The notes beneath the pieces are model-generated. The model ran no database searches. It saw nothing but the letters and a program-made list of their open reading frames with translations, and was not told the DNA's origin. DNA of 9,254 bases, from NCBI GenBank assembly GCA_964019335.1, contig OZ025769.1, positions 1-9,254 on the forward strand, written 5' to 3'. Positions 8,101 to 9,254 of this stretch are shown here, piece by piece (position 1 is the stretch's first letter; each line of letters starts with the position of its first letter). Both the position numbers and the translations under genes were made by a program. This DNA comes from Diplonema japonicum (lineage: Eukaryota; Protista; Euglenozoa: Diplonemea).

Positions 8101-9254
8101 TGTACTACTGACAGCACTAGATATCATAGTTAGCACAGTATGTATCCCCTGTGCTCTATGCACTACATACTATGTATTCCCTATGTACATACAGTATGTA
8201 TTGGTGTGCATGATATCATATACAGTACATGGCACTGCATCCTGTGCATTGGTGCCATTGCCTGTACTACTAGGATATGACGTACTTCCCTAGTTCCATA
8301 CTCCTGGTATTCTCTGAGTTAGTACTTCTAGTATTCCACAGGTTCCTCCACTCTCAGGATACCTGTGCTACTGATATCATACTATGTACTAGCCATGATA
8401 CCTATGACAGTACTACATGCATCCATTGCACATGTAGCACTACACAGGATATATGCTCATGCATACTGTGTGTGTACTGGTGGTAGGATATGCTCTATGC
8501 CACACACTCTGTGTATTGGTGGCATTGCCTGTGTTAGTACTCCTGGTATTCCACTGGTTCCATACTCCTGTGTTCTCAGGGAATGGTGCCACTAGATATC
8601 TACTGCACAGCTAACATGGCATCTCCTTCTGTACTATGCCATGGTATGTACTACAGGATGTACTACTGATATCATACTATCTGTATTGGGGATACATCCT
8701 CTGTGTGTCTGCCCATACTTAGGATAGTACTGCCTAGAGGTATTCATGCTTAGTTAGTATCCTTACCAGCATGTTCTCCTCATTATGAGGTACATGGTTG
8801 GTAGAGTATACCGCCACCATCCTCATGAGATGGTATGGCTAGAGAGCACACCACATCCTTGGGATGTATTGGTGTCTGTACTCCCAGGATATACATGCCT
8901 GTACTCTCTGTACTACCTGAGTATGACAGTACTGATGCAGCCATGGTATGAGCAGGAGCATCTCCTTCTCTGCTCTACAGGATGTACTACTGATAGTACT
9001 GGTAGCAGCATGACGTACTGTCTGTAGACTGTGTAGCACTAGCTTACTGCTCATACTCTCTAGTGCTGATGTCATCCACAGCTGGGCTCTTCCATCTCTA
9101 GGGATGAAGGTCCTTGCTCTGGCTACATGCAGTACTTAGCTAGGATGTACTACTCACAGTACTGGTAGCACTACATGCATTGGCATGAGTACTTACCATT
9201 GTACTTACTACAGGATATACTCTCTGTAGTACTGGTGGTATTCCCACAGGCATT
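5172..9254. repeat. 5171-bp tandem unit, copy 2 (partial, equals 1-4083)
   Basis: Direct repeat with no spacer. Even the G9 run and the (CG)8 tracts are the same length in both copies. Confidence 0.97.

Overview
This window has no recognisable gene. It is a head-to-tail direct repeat of a 5171-bp unit: copy 1 spans 1-5171 and a partial copy 2 spans 5172-9254 (equal to 1-4083). I found no difference between the copies wherever I compared them. This fits a ~5.2-kb circle read about 1.8 times, a concatemer, or a very young macrosatellite. The unit has four parts. (i) A putative control region (~275-930) holds an AT-rich palindromic stretch, three ~90-bp iterated elements (19-bp constant anchor plus a ~43-bp imperfect palindrome that appears in both orientations), an A(CG)8T tract and a G-run tract. 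A fourth mosaic element with a second (CG)8 lies at 1407-1520. (ii) Two C-rich spacers share shuffled motifs. (iii) A single-copy, compositionally distinct ~150-bp island (~2000-2160) can fold into a three-way junction. (iv) A ~3-kb body is made of nested near-identical duplications and short hairpins and almost lacks AA and CG dinucleotides. The listed ORFs are most likely spurious. The host and element class cannot be identified from the sequence alone.
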